Source: Candidatus Xenobia bacterium
Lineage (GTDB): Bacteria > Vulcanimicrobiota > Xenobia > Xenobiales > QWHO01
NCBI GenBank assembly: GCA_045863235.1
Contig: BTUM01000043.1
Location: 1-64,000 of the forward strand
Direction: 5' to 3'
DNA: 64,000 nt
This document shows positions 18,812 to 29,488 of the stretch, in pieces. The translations under genes and the position numbers were made by a program. The first letter of the stretch is position 1. Each line of letters starts with the position of its first letter. The notes below the pieces were generated by a model, which ran no database searches, had not been told where the DNA came from, and saw only the letters and a program-made list of their open reading frames with translations.

Positions 18812-19486
18812 TCAGGCCTGCTGAACGCGCCCATCCACCAGTTGCACGACCCTGTCGGCCATCCGGGTGAACCTCTCGTCGTGGCTCACCATCACGAAAC
18901 TCTTGCCGCTGGAGCGGCTGAGCTCGCGCATCAGGTCGTAGGCGGTCCGGGCGGTCTTGGAGTCGAGGTTCCCGGTGGGTTCGTCAGCCAGCACCAGCAC
19001 GGGATCGTTGGCCAGCGCGCGGACGATGGCCACCCTCTGCTGCTGCCCGCCCGAGAGCTGAGAGGGGCGATAGTGCAGTCGGTCGGCCAGTCCTACCTGC
19101 TCGAGCAGAGCCTCGACCCGAGCGCGAGCCGCCTGCTCGGCGCCCCGCCCCCTCAATCGACAGGGCATGAGCGCGTTCTCGAGCACGGTGAACTCGGGCA
19201 GGAGGTAGTGGAACTGGAAGATGAAGCCCAGGTAGTCGCGCCGGTACTCGGCCCGGGCGCGAGCGGTGAAGCCGGCCGTATCTCGATCTCCCAGACGCAG
19301 AACACCGCCGGTGGGGCTGTCGAGGAGCCCGAGCAGGTTGAGCAGGGTCGACTTCCCGCTTCCCGAGGCCCCCTGGATGGCCAGAAACTCGCCTGACGCG
19401 ACGGTCAGGTTGACCTCGAAGAGCACCTGCGTGGGAACTTCGCCCGCGTAGATCTTGTCCACCTTGATCAGCTCGGCCACCGCCAT
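18812..19486 (-). CDS. ABC transporter ATP-binding protein (LolD/MacB type)
   Basis: [33 protein letters not shown] 19486 overlaps the permease stop. Confidence 0.95.
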   Translation of the reverse strand: MAVAELIKVDKIYAGEVPTQVLFEVNLTVASGEFLAIQGASGSGKSTLLNLLGLLDSPTGGVLRLGDRDTAGFTARARAEYRRDYLGFIFQFHYLLPEFTVLENALMPCRLRGRGAEQAARARVEALLEQVGLADRLHYRPSQLSGGQQQRVAIVRALANDPVLVLADEPTGNLDSKTARTAYDLMRELSRSSGKSFVMVSHDERFTRMADRVVQLVDGRVQQA

Positions 19487-20736
19487 CAGCTCCCCCGGAT
19501 CACCTCGATGGGATCGACCCGGGCGGCCTGCCAGGCTGGAAAGAGCGAGGAGAGCAGGCCCACGATCAGGGCCAGTCCCACCGCTCCCAGAACCATCTCG
19601 GGGGTGAGCTCCACCGGGAAGAGCTCGATGCTGCGACCGCTGGCCGAGAGGGTGCGGGCCTTCTTGAGCTGGCTCACCAGGAACAACCCGGTGGCGCTGC
19701 CCAGCACTCCGCCCAGGAGCGAGAGAAGGCAGCCCTCCAGGGCGAACACTCCCAGGATCTGACGGTCTGTCGCTCCCATGGCTTTGAGGATGCCGATCTC
19801 CTTGGAACGGCTGACCACCGCCGTGATCATGATGCTCGCGATGCCGAAGGCCGCGGCCAGGGTGGTGATAGCCAGGATCATGTTGGAAGAGCCTGACTGT
19901 GCCTTCAGCGCAACCAGCAGGCTCTGATTGTCCCTGGTCCAGGGCTCGACCTGGTAGGGAACCTGGAGAGACAGCCGCCGGGCCAGCTCCTCTGCTTCGA
20001 AGACGTGGCGCAGCCGCATCCCCAGCGAGGTGACCGCAGTGCCCAATCCGAACAGCGACTGCCCGTCGCGCAGGGGCAGGTAGACCGTGCTCGAGTCGAG
20101 GGCGCGGAAGCCGGTGTCGAAGATACCCGCAACAGTATAGGTGCGGGCTACGTCCTCGGTGCTGGTGAGGCGCAGCTTGTCGCCCAGGTCGACTCCCAGC
20201 TCCTCGGCCAGGCGATAGCCCATGGTCAGCTCCCCTCCGTTGAGCCCGAAAAAGCGTCCCCGGGCCAGGTTGCCCTGCAGCGCGACCACCCGGTCCTGGC
20301 GCTCGGGGATGACCCCGTAGATCTGCACCGTGACCTTCTTGGTGCCTCGCGCCAGGGTCCCCTGGCCGCTCACCGTGGGAGAGACCGCGATGACCTCGGG
20401 GTCGAACCGCTCCAGTCGGGGAAGCCAGGCCTGCCAGTCCTCGATTTTTTGCTTCTGTTGGGGCAGCTTGACGGTGCGGGCGGTGTAGAGCACGCCCGCC
20501 TCGGGCGACTCTTCCCACAGCGCAATGGGTGGACGCTCGACCTGCTCGACGGAAATATGCGCCACCGCTCCCGTCACGGTGGCGATCAGCCGGCGCTGCA
20601 GACCGCCGATCAGGCCGGTCAGGAAGATGATCAGGGTCACGCTCATGGCCACCACGCCCGTGGTCAAGAGCGTCTCGCCACGCCCGTAGCGGAGGTGGCG
20701 CAGGGCCACTGTGACGGTGAAGTAGTCGGGGATCAC
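19486..20736 (-). CDS. ABC permease (FtsX/MacB/LolC-E family)
   Basis: N-terminal TM, periplasmic domain, RSKEIGILKAMGA, AARVDPIEVIR. Confidence 0.93.
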   Translation of the reverse strand: MIPDYFTVTVALRHLRYGRGETLLTTGVVAMSVTLIIFLTGLIGGLQRRLIATVTGAVAHISVEQVERPPIALWEESPEAGVLYTARTVKLPQQKQKIEDWQAWLPRLERFDPEVIAVSPTVSGQGTLARGTKKVTVQIYGVIPERQDRVVALQGNLARGRFFGLNGGELTMGYRLAEELGVDLGDKLRLTSTEDVARTYTVAGIFDTGFRALDSSTVYLPLRDGQSLFGLGTAVTSLGMRLRHVFEAEELARRLSLQVPYQVEPWTRDNQSLLVALKAQSGSSNMILAITTLAAAFGIASIMITAVVSRSKEIGILKAMGATDRQILGVFALEGCLLSLLGGVLGSATGLFLVSQLKKARTLSASGRSIELFPVELTPEMVLGAVGLALIVGLLSSLFPAWQAARVDPIEVIRGS

Positions 20737-22250
20737 TCGCCCACCGGCTCGTAGTTGGTCTTGCCGTTGAGGTCGTTGCCGACGGCGGGCGGCCCCGACT
20801 CGAGCTCGGGGGGCTCGACCGTCCGGGCTCGAGCGCGCTGCCCGGACTCGACGGCGGTGGCGTTCTGCACCACCGCCTGGTCCTCCCCGAGGCCTTCGAT
20901 GGCGGCCCAGTTCTGGCCGCGAGCCAGCACCTTGACCGTGAGCGCGCGCAGCCGTCCCCCTTCGACCACCAGGCAGGTGTTGTCGTTGATCAGGCAGGAG
21001 AGGGGAAGGCTGAGGGCTTTCAGGCGCTGGACCTCGATGCTGACATCCAGAGTCATCTCGGGACGGGCGTAGTCGGGCAGCCGATCGGGCTTGAGCCGCA
21101 CCGGCACGACCCCGCGCGTGGCATCCACGTCGGGCCCGATCTGGCTGACCCGAGCCGTGAACGGCTGCTCGCGGAAGGCTGGCGGGAAGACGGTGGCGCT
21201 CTGCCCTACCTTGAGGCGGGGAAGGTTGGTCTCATCCGTCTCGACATAGATCTCGGTGCGCTCCATGGCTGCCAGCGTGAGCAGGGTGGTGCCCGTATTG
21301 ACGCTCTGGCCCGGCTCGACGTAACGACGGGTGATCAGCCCCGCCATGGGGGCCCGGATCTGACGTCGCTCCACCTGCTCCACGGCGTTCCGGAAGGCCG
21401 ACTCGGCTTCGGCCAGACGGGCTCGGGCCAGACTGCGGTCCTCCGGATAGGGCTGCCGGGCCAGCAGGCTGAGGTTCTGGCTGGCCACCTGCTCGCTGGT
21501 GGAGAGAGTGGCCCGGGCGGCCTCCAACTCGGCTCGGGCGGCGGCGATCTCCTCGGAGCGTGCTGGCCGGCTGGCCAGCCGCAGGCGTTCCTGCAGGGCC
21601 CGCTCGCTGGCCAGGGCACGGTTCTGGGCCAGGGTAGCCTGCTCGAGCTCCGAGCGCGAGATGGCTCCCTGGGCAAAGAGGTCGCGGGCCCGAGCCAGGT
21701 CGCGGTCGGCCTGCTCGCGCTCCGAGCGCCCTCGAGCCAGGTTGGCTCGGGCTTCACCTCGCTCCTCGGGCCGGCCGCCGCGCTCGAGCTGGTCGAGCCT
21801 CTGGCGTGCCTGCTCCAGGCGCGCCCGGTTGACCTGACTGGCCTGCTCGAGCTCGGCCCGGGCTCGAGCGATCTCCTCCGGTTGGGCGCCGCGCTCGACC
21901 CGGGCCAGCTCGCTGGAGGCCGTTTCCACGGCGTGGCGGGCCTGGTCGCGCTGCGCCAGGATGTCGCGGTCGTCAAGCTGGAGCAGCAGCTGACCCTTGC
22001 GCACCTGATCGCCTTCCTCCACCAGCACTCTGGCCACGCTACCCGAGACACTGCAGCCGATCTGGCTCTGTCGCACCGCTCGGAGCCGACCGCTGGCCAG
22101 AATCAACTCGACCACTTCTCGTTCGCGAGGCAAGACCACATCGACGGCGGGGGCGGGTCGCAGCTGCCACCCCACCAGCGCGAGGACCAGCACGCCAAGA
22201 ACGAGCAGCACGGCGACTCTGGGGCTCGACATTCGGCCGGGATGTTCCAC
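20733..22250 (-). CDS. Efflux periplasmic adaptor (MacA/HlyD family) with a long coiled coil
   Basis: SGSVARVLVEEGDQVRKGQLL, IRAPMAGLI...VEPGQSV; the start may be 22232. Confidence 0.92.
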   Translation of the reverse strand: MEHPGRMSSPRVAVLLVLGVLVLALVGWQLRPAPAVDVVLPREREVVELILASGRLRAVRQSQIGCSVSGSVARVLVEEGDQVRKGQLLLQLDDRDILAQRDQARHAVETASSELARVERGAQPEEIARARAELEQASQVNRARLEQARQRLDQLERGGRPEERGEARANLARGRSEREQADRDLARARDLFAQGAISRSELEQATLAQNRALASERALQERLRLASRPARSEEIAAARAELEAARATLSTSEQVASQNLSLLARQPYPEDRSLARARLAEAESAFRNAVEQVERRQIRAPMAGLITRRYVEPGQSVNTGTTLLTLAAMERTEIYVETDETNLPRLKVGQSATVFPPAFREQPFTARVSQIGPDVDATRGVVPVRLKPDRLPDYARPEMTLDVSIEVQRLKALSLPLSCLINDNTCLVVEGGRLRALTVKVLARGQNWAAIEGLGEDQAVVQNATAVESGQRARARTVEPPELESGPPAVGNDLNGKTNYEPVGE

Positions 22251-22413
22251 TACCAGGGGGTGAGTCCTTTGCGACTTCGGGCTGCGCGAACCTGTTCATC
22301 CACTGTTTACGCTCTGGTTCTTCCGACAAGAGTTACGGCAGGCTGGGATTCCTCCCTCAAGGCCTTGAGGGCCCGCTTTCGGAGCGGGTCGGAAGTTCAA
22401 GTCGCCCGGGGCT

Positions 22414-22914
22414 TCAGAAGGCTCCCTCGTCTTCCCGATGCAGAATGCGGAAAAAGTCGGGGTTGGCGTTGGTCGTCCCCCGAATCGTCTCCGAGAAGTC
22501 CAGCTCGGCCGTGAGCTTGCGCCGGGCAAGAGGGGCTCCGACTGGGCCGGCCATCCCCACGCTCGAGAGACGCACGATGCGTGTCTCGCCGCCCACCCAG
22601 CGCAGGTCCACAGTGACGTCGTAGCGACCGATGACCGTGCTGTCGTCCAGATCCAGGACCACCTCGCTGAAACAGAAAAGGTCCTGGTCCTCGGCGCCTC
22701 GTGGAGGGAAGTCCTCGTCGCGATTCAGCTTCACCCTGGCGTCCTCCAGGCCGGCCTCGGCCAGGGCCAGCGCCTGGGCCGCCGCAGATGCCTGGATGGC
22801 GGCTCGGTACTGTGCCTCCCGGGCGCTCAGCTGACCCATGGCCAGCAGCAGCAGTACAACCATCAAGAGCAACGCCAGCACCATGATAAAACCCCGGCGT
22901 CTCAGCGCAACCAC
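22414..22914 (-). CDS. PilX-like minor pilin
   Basis: RRRGFIMVLALLLMVVLLLL (class III signal without E5), AQALALAEAGLE. Confidence 0.8.
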   Translation of the reverse strand: MVALRRRGFIMVLALLLMVVLLLLAMGQLSAREAQYRAAIQASAAAQALALAEAGLEDARVKLNRDEDFPPRGAEDQDLFCFSEVVLDLDDSTVIGRYDVTVDLRWVGGETRIVRLSSVGMAGPVGAPLARRKLTAELDFSETIRGTTNANPDFFRILHREDEGAF

Positions 22915-23435
22915 AGCAAGAATACCTCCGTCGTAAGAGCCCGGACCTGCTTGTCCTCTCGGATGGACAAGACAACCTCCACGTTGCCGTTGGGAACCAG
23001 TCGGGTGGATAGTCCCGTGATGGAACTGGCCAGAGCCAGGCTGGTGGTGCTCCCGCTCGGCCTGACGACCTCACGCCGGAGAGTGTCGCTGGTCACCTCA
23101 TAGCGAACCAGCACTTCGTCACTGGCCGGATGGGGCGTCCAGCCAGGCGGGGCCGAATCGGGGGGCAAGGGCAGTGTCCGAGCGGGGGACAGCTTGCGGA
23201 ACTCCAGGTGAGGAACGCTGGCAGGTCCGGGAGGAGAAATCAGTTGGTGGCCCTGGGCGAGCTCGGTGCGAATCTGCTCCAGGGCCACCAGGGCGGCCTG
23301 CAAAGTCCTGTCCTTACTGGAAGAGTAACGCAGCACTCCAGAGTAGCTCCGGACGAGCTCCAGGGCGGCACCGAGCACGATCATCAGCAAGAACATGGTG
23401 ACCAGGCACTCGACCAGAGTCATGCCCCGCTTCAT
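22902..23435 (-). CDS. PilW/GspJ-like minor pilin
   Basis: MKRGMTLVECLV prepilin motif. Confidence 0.85.
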   Translation of the reverse strand: MKRGMTLVECLVTMFLLMIVLGAALELVRSYSGVLRYSSSKDRTLQAALVALEQIRTELAQGHQLISPPGPASVPHLEFRKLSPARTLPLPPDSAPPGWTPHPASDEVLVRYEVTSDTLRREVVRPSGSTTSLALASSITGLSTRLVPNGNVEVVLSIREDKQVRALTTEVFLLWLR

Positions 23436-24253
23436 GGGAGGGGCCCCGGGCTCAAATCGAGCACCACCTCGCCCGTCACGATGCGACCATACTGGCGGGT
23501 CCGAGCGACCACTCGACACTGGCCATCCTTGTGTCGCCAGGCTGTGCCGTCAGCTCGCCGGTAGCGATGCTGAAAGTCGATCTGGCTGCCGTCCCGGGGA
23601 CGCTCCGGGAGGCCGTCCCCGTCCAGGTCGGTCACCAGCGTCCCGAGACCGGGATTGGGACCGGTGGGCTCCACCGACCAGAAGTAACTCAATCCCTGCA
23701 CCGGATTTCCTGCCAGGTCGGTGGCCGAAACCTGGAGCGTCACGCTGGCGTCCTGAGCCAGAGCTCCGGCCGCACCGCTGATGGTCAGGGGCTGAAGCTC
23801 GAGAGGAGGCTCCCCCACGTAACTGAACAAAGTGACCGAGTCACTGCCTGTCTGGTCCACCCGGACCCGAACTGGAATCACCGCCCGGGTCATCTGCCGG
23901 GGTAGGCCGGAGTAAGTCTGCTCCAGGGTGGATGAGGGCGAGAAGAGGGAACGGCCGCCCGGGTTCACGTCCACCTGGACGGTCAGCCCCGGGTAGGCCG
24001 GATCGGTCAGGGTGGCCCCGTTGTAGAAGGCCCAGTTGGAGTGGAAATTGTAGGTTCCCGCGGTCTTCTCCCAGGCCCAGGCGCGGACTCGGTCCAGCGT
24101 GAGCTGGGCCAGTTGCACCGACAGGGCCCGCTTCTCGATGCGGGCCTGGTGGCGCAGTGATGCGTGCAAGAGGTTGATGACGATCAGCATTCCGGCCAGC
24201 AGCAAGAAGATGGCCATGAGCGTCTCAGTAAGGGTCGTGCCGCGACGACTCAA
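23432..24253 (-). CDS. PilV-like minor pilin with an Ig-like extension
   Basis: SRRGTTLTETLMAIFLL. Confidence 0.8.
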   Translation of the reverse strand: MSRRGTTLTETLMAIFLLLAGMLIVINLLHASLRHQARIEKRALSVQLAQLTLDRVRAWAWEKTAGTYNFHSNWAFYNGATLTDPAYPGLTVQVDVNPGGRSLFSPSSTLEQTYSGLPRQMTRAVIPVRVRVDQTGSDSVTLFSYVGEPPLELQPLTISGAAGALAQDASVTLQVSATDLAGNPVQGLSYFWSVEPTGPNPGLGTLVTDLDGDGLPERPRDGSQIDFQHRYRRADGTAWRHKDGQCRVVARTRQYGRIVTGEVVLDLSPGPLP

Positions 24254-26181
24254 CGAGGCCTCCCCCAGCTGGGCATGTCACACGTGCCCGGGCCGTTGGT
24301 CAACTGGCTGGTCGCCCCACCCAGGTCGGAGACGAAAATCTGGCTGCCACCGGCGACACGATTGCTGGTGAAGGCGACCCGCTGGCTGTCGGGAGACCAG
24401 CTGGGCTCCTTGTCACTGGCACCGTGAGTGGTCAGGTTGAGAAGGCCGGTGAAGGCCGACCCGTTGAAGCCGGCGACGTAGATCTCGAAGTTCCCGTCAC
24501 GGGAGGTGTGCCAGGCCACCGAGAGCCCGTCGGGCGAGAAGGCGGCGTACTCGTCGTCGGCCGTCAGCGCGGTCATGTTGGCTCCCAGGGTTCCGTCGGG
24601 AGCGAGCAAGAACAGGTCTTCCTGGGCCCCAACCGCTCCCCCATTGCGCCCCACCAGCCCGACCAGGCCGTCGGGATGCCAGCAGGTCTCGACCCAGCCA
24701 TCGGTGGGATTCTGAAGCAAGAAACGGTCATTGCTGCCATCCGCGTTCACAGCCCTCAAATCTGTCGTGGGATTCAGGATGGAATACACAATCCTGGTTC
24801 CATCCGGGCTCCAGCTCAGGTTCTGGCACTCGTAGGCCTGGGTGGTCAGCATCTGCTCGTCACTGCCATCGGCGTTCATCACCCAGACCTGATCCATCGT
24901 GCTGGGACCCGGAGCCGTGAACGCGATGCGCGTCCCATCTGGCGACCAGACCGGAAAACTCTCATCGCGATTGGGTGTGTTGGTCAGGTTGGTCACTTCG
25001 GTCCCATCCGGGTTCATCACAAAGATGTCCCGCTGACCGCTGCGATCCGACCGAAAGGCGATCTTCCCCCCGGAGATGACCTGCACCTGACCGCTTGCCC
25101 CCAGCGTACCCGCGGCCAGACCACCGCGGCCATCCACGACTTCGCAATTGAGAGTGTAGACCGCACCCACCGGGGCTCCCAGTGGAGGGCGCCACTCCCA
25201 GGTCTGGTCCCAGGCCGAGCCGTCCCACTCCATCGCCACCAGCTCGGGTGAGGACATGGTTCCCTGGGCACACTGCCAGCGAATGCTGAGCGGGTCCTGG
25301 TCGGGATCGCTGGCCCGCACGTGAAAGGTCAGGTAGCCCGACAGATCGACCGTCGCATCCACTCCGGCCGGGAGATTGGCTGCCACGGGCACGGGGAAGA
25401 CCTCCACCAGGCTGATGACCGGATCTTGGTTGGCACCCGTCACCGGATTGGGCGGCAGGGCCGGGGCCGAGACAAAACCCAGATCGGCACGCTCGGGAAT
25501 GCCCCCGCTGCTGGCCGTGAAACCGTTACTGAGGCTGACTTCTCCCAGCAGCGAGACGTTGATGGTGAAGCATTGACCCACCAGCGTAGGGATTGCCGAT
25601 GGGCTTCCGGCTACCGCGGCAGAAGTGTACTCGATCCCTGCGCAGGCCACGATGTGGTAGGCCCCGTCGAAGTGAACCTGGCGGTTGGAAACCAGGGCCC
25701 CGGACGGGGTGAAGACAAAGCAGGGATCCTGGGGAAAGGGCGCCCCCCAGGCCGAGACGTCAAAGGATTGGGAGCGGATCGCCTGATCGGACTGAATCCG
25801 CGCGTTGAGAGCCGAGGGATCGGACAGGAGGGAAGGGTCGAGGCTCCAGCTTCCCACGAAGAGTCCGCTGCCCTGGAAGTCTCCCCCGTAGCGCTTGACG
25901 CGGGTGATTCGGGGGGTGACCTCCCCCTCGAGAACGTAGAGCGACTGGGTGTGAGCCTTGCTCCCTCCCTCGCTGGGGAAAACGATGGCCACGGGCACAC
26001 CGGTCGAGCGAGCTCGCTGGCGAGCCCACACAAATTCCTGAGAGACCGCCTCGGCCAGGCCCTGGGCGGAAGCAGCGCCACGGGCTCGAGAGAAGCGGGT
26101 TGCGCCGATCGAAACCAGCAGACCGACCAGAAAGACGATGATCAGAGTCTCGACCAACGAGAATCCCCGCCGCCCGCGCAT
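24250..26181 (-). CDS. FimU/GspH-like prepilin fused to an Ig-like domain and a TolB (PD40) beta-propeller
   Basis: MRGRRGFSLVETLI; repeated WSPDG.RIAF and MNPDG/MNADG. Confidence 0.88.
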   Translation of the reverse strand: MRGRRGFSLVETLIIVFLVGLLVSIGATRFSRARGAASAQGLAEAVSQEFVWARQRARSTGVPVAIVFPSEGGSKAHTQSLYVLEGEVTPRITRVKRYGGDFQGSGLFVGSWSLDPSLLSDPSALNARIQSDQAIRSQSFDVSAWGAPFPQDPCFVFTPSGALVSNRQVHFDGAYHIVACAGIEYTSAAVAGSPSAIPTLVGQCFTINVSLLGEVSLSNGFTASSGGIPERADLGFVSAPALPPNPVTGANQDPVISLVEVFPVPVAANLPAGVDATVDLSGYLTFHVRASDPDQDPLSIRWQCAQGTMSSPELVAMEWDGSAWDQTWEWRPPLGAPVGAVYTLNCEVVDGRGGLAAGTLGASGQVQVISGGKIAFRSDRSGQRDIFVMNPDGTEVTNLTNTPNRDESFPVWSPDGTRIAFTAPGPSTMDQVWVMNADGSDEQMLTTQAYECQNLSWSPDGTRIVYSILNPTTDLRAVNADGSNDRFLLQNPTDGWVETCWHPDGLVGLVGRNGGAVGAQEDLFLLAPDGTLGANMTALTADDEYAAFSPDGLSVAWHTSRDGNFEIYVAGFNGSAFTGLLNLTTHGASDKEPSWSPDSQRVAFTSNRVAGGSQIFVSDLGGATSQLTNGPGTCDMPSWGRPR

Positions 26182-26249
26182 GCTGCAAGTATAGCACAAG
26201 ATTCATCCTCACCTCTGGAGGGAAATACCGCAGATGCTTTCGTCCAGCC

Positions 26250-26320
26250 GGAGCGCAGCCGGAAACCACGACTGCGACCACCCAACAGATGCCTCAGTAG
26301 ACAACGCCTTGTGGTGGCGG
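26250..26320 (-). repeat. Dispersed repeat copy B (inverted, diverged)
   Basis: Reverse complement reads ccgccaccacaaggcgttg...catctgttggg...ggtttccggctgcgctcc. Confidence 0.75.
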
Positions 26321-26536
26321 ACGCGCGACCGGATTCTCAGCGCGAAATTGGAGTCCGAGGAATGGCAGTGTGCGAGGGCGTCATCGCCACCAGCAGTCTG
26401 TTCCAATTCAACAAGCTGCCGGCTCATCCGGGCCCGGCGCCTGGCTCTGGTCTTGGGCTACACGTCGACCATCACCGTTTCCGCCTGTCTGGACCTGGCC
26501 TGCGGGTGGGGTTGGCGATCCCGCTGGTGATGCAGC

Positions 26537-27412
26537 CTACTGACGCGCCGCAGCCCGGTGGGCGACGTGCTCGGCGGCCTTGTTCGTGATGACGCCATCG
26601 GTGCCGGCGGCGTCCATTGCGGTCCACTCGGCCGGATTGTCGACCGTCCACGACATGACGCCAACACCGGCAGCGTTGAGCTCGCCGATGATGTGCAGAT
26701 GGCTCGAGAGGCTGGTCCAATCCGGGTTGAAGGATGACAGGTGATACTGCCTGGCGATCGCCACCGCGTCGTCGGTGGCCGGTGCGAGCAGGGCGATGTC
26801 GAGCTCGGGCTGGATCGAGTAGGAATCGACGAGCACTTGCTTGTTGCTGCTCTGAAGAAGCACCTGGTCGAGCATTCCGCGCTCCTCGACCTGGCCGATG
26901 ATGATCTCCATTTGGTCGCGATCGGCTTTCTTGACCTCGAGCAAGAGGACCGTCTCGGGATGCGCTTTGACCTCGTCGAGTTGCTCGGCGAGAGTTGGCA
27001 CGCGCTCGCCGGCGAAGGACGGCGAAAACCAGCTTCCCGCATCGAGCCTGGCGATCTCTGAGGAGGTCATCGCGGTGATCAGGCCGGTGCCGTCGGTCGT
27101 GCGCTCGACCGACTCGTCGTGCATCACGACCGGGACGCCGTCGGCGGAAACGTAGACGTCGTTCTCGACGAGCTCAGCCCCGGCGGCTATCGCGGCGCGA
27201 AAGGCGGCCATCGTGTTCTCCGGATACTTCAGGCTGTCCCCGCGGTGAGCGATGGTCAGCGGGCCCTCTTCGGTCGTGCGCACCCATTGCCCGCTCGTGT
27301 CCGGCGGAGGGGTGGTCAGCACCGCGTCGATCGGCTCGTGCTCGGCGCAGCCAACCTCGCCGGCCACGGAAAGGGCCGCGAAGGTGGTCATCACGGCGGC
27401 GGCCAGAACCAT
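26537..27412 (-). CDS. Glycerophosphodiester phosphodiesterase, probably exported
   Basis: IAHRG...PENTMAAF, ENDV, VVMHD, RVPTL, WTVD, GVITN; start uncertain (27412 or 27451). Confidence 0.92.
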   Translation of the reverse strand: MVLAAAVMTTFAALSVAGEVGCAEHEPIDAVLTTPPPDTSGQWVRTTEEGPLTIAHRGDSLKYPENTMAAFRAAIAAGAELVENDVYVSADGVPVVMHDESVERTTDGTGLITAMTSSEIARLDAGSWFSPSFAGERVPTLAEQLDEVKAHPETVLLLEVKKADRDQMEIIIGQVEERGMLDQVLLQSSNKQVLVDSYSIQPELDIALLAPATDDAVAIARQYHLSSFNPDWTSLSSHLHIIGELNAAGVGVMSWTVDNPAEWTAMDAAGTDGVITNKAAEHVAHRAAARQ

Positions 27413-27620
27413 TTTGAATCTGTTGTTGCCCGTCGTTTCGATGCTCCTCACTCTCACCTCCAACGGTAGAACTCGAGAATCGTCGGCTGACAGACGGCGC
27501 CTTTCCTCATGCCTGCAGTATGCCCGGAGACCCTGAAACCATGCTGAATGGGGCCCAAGAGACCTGGACCGCCCTCCAACCAGGGCCCGAAGGTGAGAGC
27601 CCCGAAGCAGGCCCTCCGCC

Positions 27621-29468
27621 GTGCAGTGCCCAGCATGCTCATACCAGGACCAGAGCGATGCCATGGTCTGCCCTCGCTGCAACACCCCGCTGGCCACGGC
27701 TTACTATGCCCGCCAGCCCCTGCCCGAGGGAACGCCCCTCCAGGGCGGCGTCTACCGGGTGGGCGAGAAGATCGGCATGGGGGCGACCAGCATCGTCTAC
27801 TCTGGCGTCGAGGTCCGGCTCAACCATCCCATCGCCATCAAGGAGTTCTTCCCCCTCACCGCTCGTCGCGAAGGCCTGAAGGTGGTGCCCACCAACCCCG
27901 GGAGCGGCCCGCGCCGCAAGCTCAACGTCGAGCGAGAAGAGTTCCTGGAGGAAGGTCGCCTGCTCTCGCGCTTCAACCACCCCGGTATCACCGGCGTCCA
28001 CAACCTGTTCGAGGAGAACGAGACCGCCTACCTGGTGATGGAGCTTCTTCACGGGGCCACCCTCTACGAGCTGGCCACCGAGCGTGGAGGCAAGCTCGAG
28101 CAAGACGAGGTCATGCGCTGCGTGCTGCAGATCCCGCCTGCGCTCGAGACCATGCACCTTTACGGGCTGGTGCACGCCGACCTCAAGCCTGACAACCTCA
28201 TGCTCACCGAGGAAGGGCGGGTCGTGCTGCTCGATTTCGGAGCCACCTACCGCTATCTGACCGGCACCGGCAAGACCCAGGAGTTCACCCCCGCCTACGC
28301 CGCTCCCGAGCAGCTTCCCGAACAGGCCGGCCAGCTCGGGCCGTTCACCGACATTTACGGGCTGGCCGCCACGCTCTATCAGCTGCTGGCCGGCAGACGC
28401 CCTACCCCGGCTCGGGCCCGCATTTCAGGCGAGCGCCTGGAGAACCTCAAAGAGCTGCGTCCGGACGTGCACCCCCGCCTGGCCGCCGTGCTGGAGCGGT
28501 CGCTCGAGCTAGACCCGGGCCGCCGCCCCCAGGACATCAAAACCTTTGTGAAGCTGCTGGGGGGCTCGTCGGAGCACGCCGAAACCCGGGCCGCTTACAC
28601 GGTGGAGGAGTCTGGCTGCCTGCGGGCCCACCGGGCTCCCCTGGTCGCCCTGGACGCCTCCGCCGACGGGCGCTTCCTGGCCTCGGGCAGCGAGGATGGC
28701 GCAGTGTGGCTGTGGGACACGTTTCAGAACACTTCCTACCAGGCCCTGACCCAACCCGGGCTGACCGGCCTCAAGCTGGGACCGGACGCCAGCTGGCTGA
28801 TGCTGTCGGCGGCAGACGGAAGCGTGCGGCTGTGGGACCTGGTGCGCGAGCGCGACCTGAAGGTGCTCAAGCGGGGGCAGCCCCGGGTGGAGGTTCTGGC
28901 CCGCACCCCGGACGGAGGTTGGCTGGGAGCCGGCTGCGTGGATGGCCGGGCCAGCCTGTGGAAGAGCCCGGGGACCACTTTCATGCTGCTCACCGGGCAT
29001 ACCCGCCCGGTCTTCGCCATGGCCATCGCCCCCAATGGCGCGATGGCGGCCACCGGCTCGGGCGACCTGACCGTCCGGGTATGGGAGGCGGACACCGGCA
29101 CCACCCTGCGAGTCCTGTCGGGTCACCAAAAACAGATCCAGGACCTGGCCTTCTCGCCAGACGGGGCGCTGCTCGCCTCCAGCTCCCTCGACCGCACCAT
29201 CCGGGTTTGGGATCCCTTTTCGGGCAGGGAAATTCGCTGCTTCGAATGTCCCGTGCCCTTATGCACCGCCTTTTCTCCCGACGGAGAAGTGCTGGTGGCC
29301 GGCTCGCTCAACGGCTCGCTGCAATTTTACCACCTGGCCTCGGGTCGTCGCCTGATCGAGGTGAAGGCCCACACCGGGGGGGTGAGGGGACTTGTGCTCT
29401 TGCCCGAGGGACGCCTGGCCACCGGCTCGGTGGACTCCACCGTCCGCCTCTGGGAGGTCCAGGGCTAA
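27621..29468 (+). CDS. Zinc ribbon + Ser/Thr kinase + WD40 protein
   Basis: CPAC...CPRC; HADLKPDN, DFG, YAAPE; GH...WD/WE repeats. Confidence 0.95.
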   Translation: MQCPACSYQDQSDAMVCPRCNTPLATAYYARQPLPEGTPLQGGVYRVGEKIGMGATSIVYSGVEVRLNHPIAIKEFFPLTARREGLKVVPTNPGSGPRRKLNVEREEFLEEGRLLSRFNHPGITGVHNLFEENETAYLVMELLHGATLYELATERGGKLEQDEVMRCVLQIPPALETMHLYGLVHADLKPDNLMLTEEGRVVLLDFGATYRYLTGTGKTQEFTPAYAAPEQLPEQAGQLGPFTDIYGLAATLYQLLAGRRPTPARARISGERLENLKELRPDVHPRLAAVLERSLELDPGRRPQDIKTFVKLLGGSSEHAETRAAYTVEESGCLRAHRAPLVALDASADGRFLASGSEDGAVWLWDTFQNTSYQALTQPGLTGLKLGPDASWLMLSAADGSVRLWDLVRERDLKVLKRGQPRVEVLARTPDGGWLGAGCVDGRASLWKSPGTTFMLLTGHTRPVFAMAIAPNGAMAATGSGDLTVRVWEADTGTTLRVLSGHQKQIQDLAFSPDGALLASSSLDRTIRVWDPFSGREIRCFECPVPLCTAFSPDGEVLVAGSLNGSLQFYHLASGRRLIEVKAHTGGVRGLVLLPEGRLATGSVDSTVRLWEVQG

Positions 29469-29488
29469 CCTGTCAGGAAGCAAGGCGC

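Noticed and set aside
26234..26530. 98-aa ORF between the pilin cluster and GDPD
   Set aside because: Overlaps repeat copy B, has no RBS and no recognisable motif
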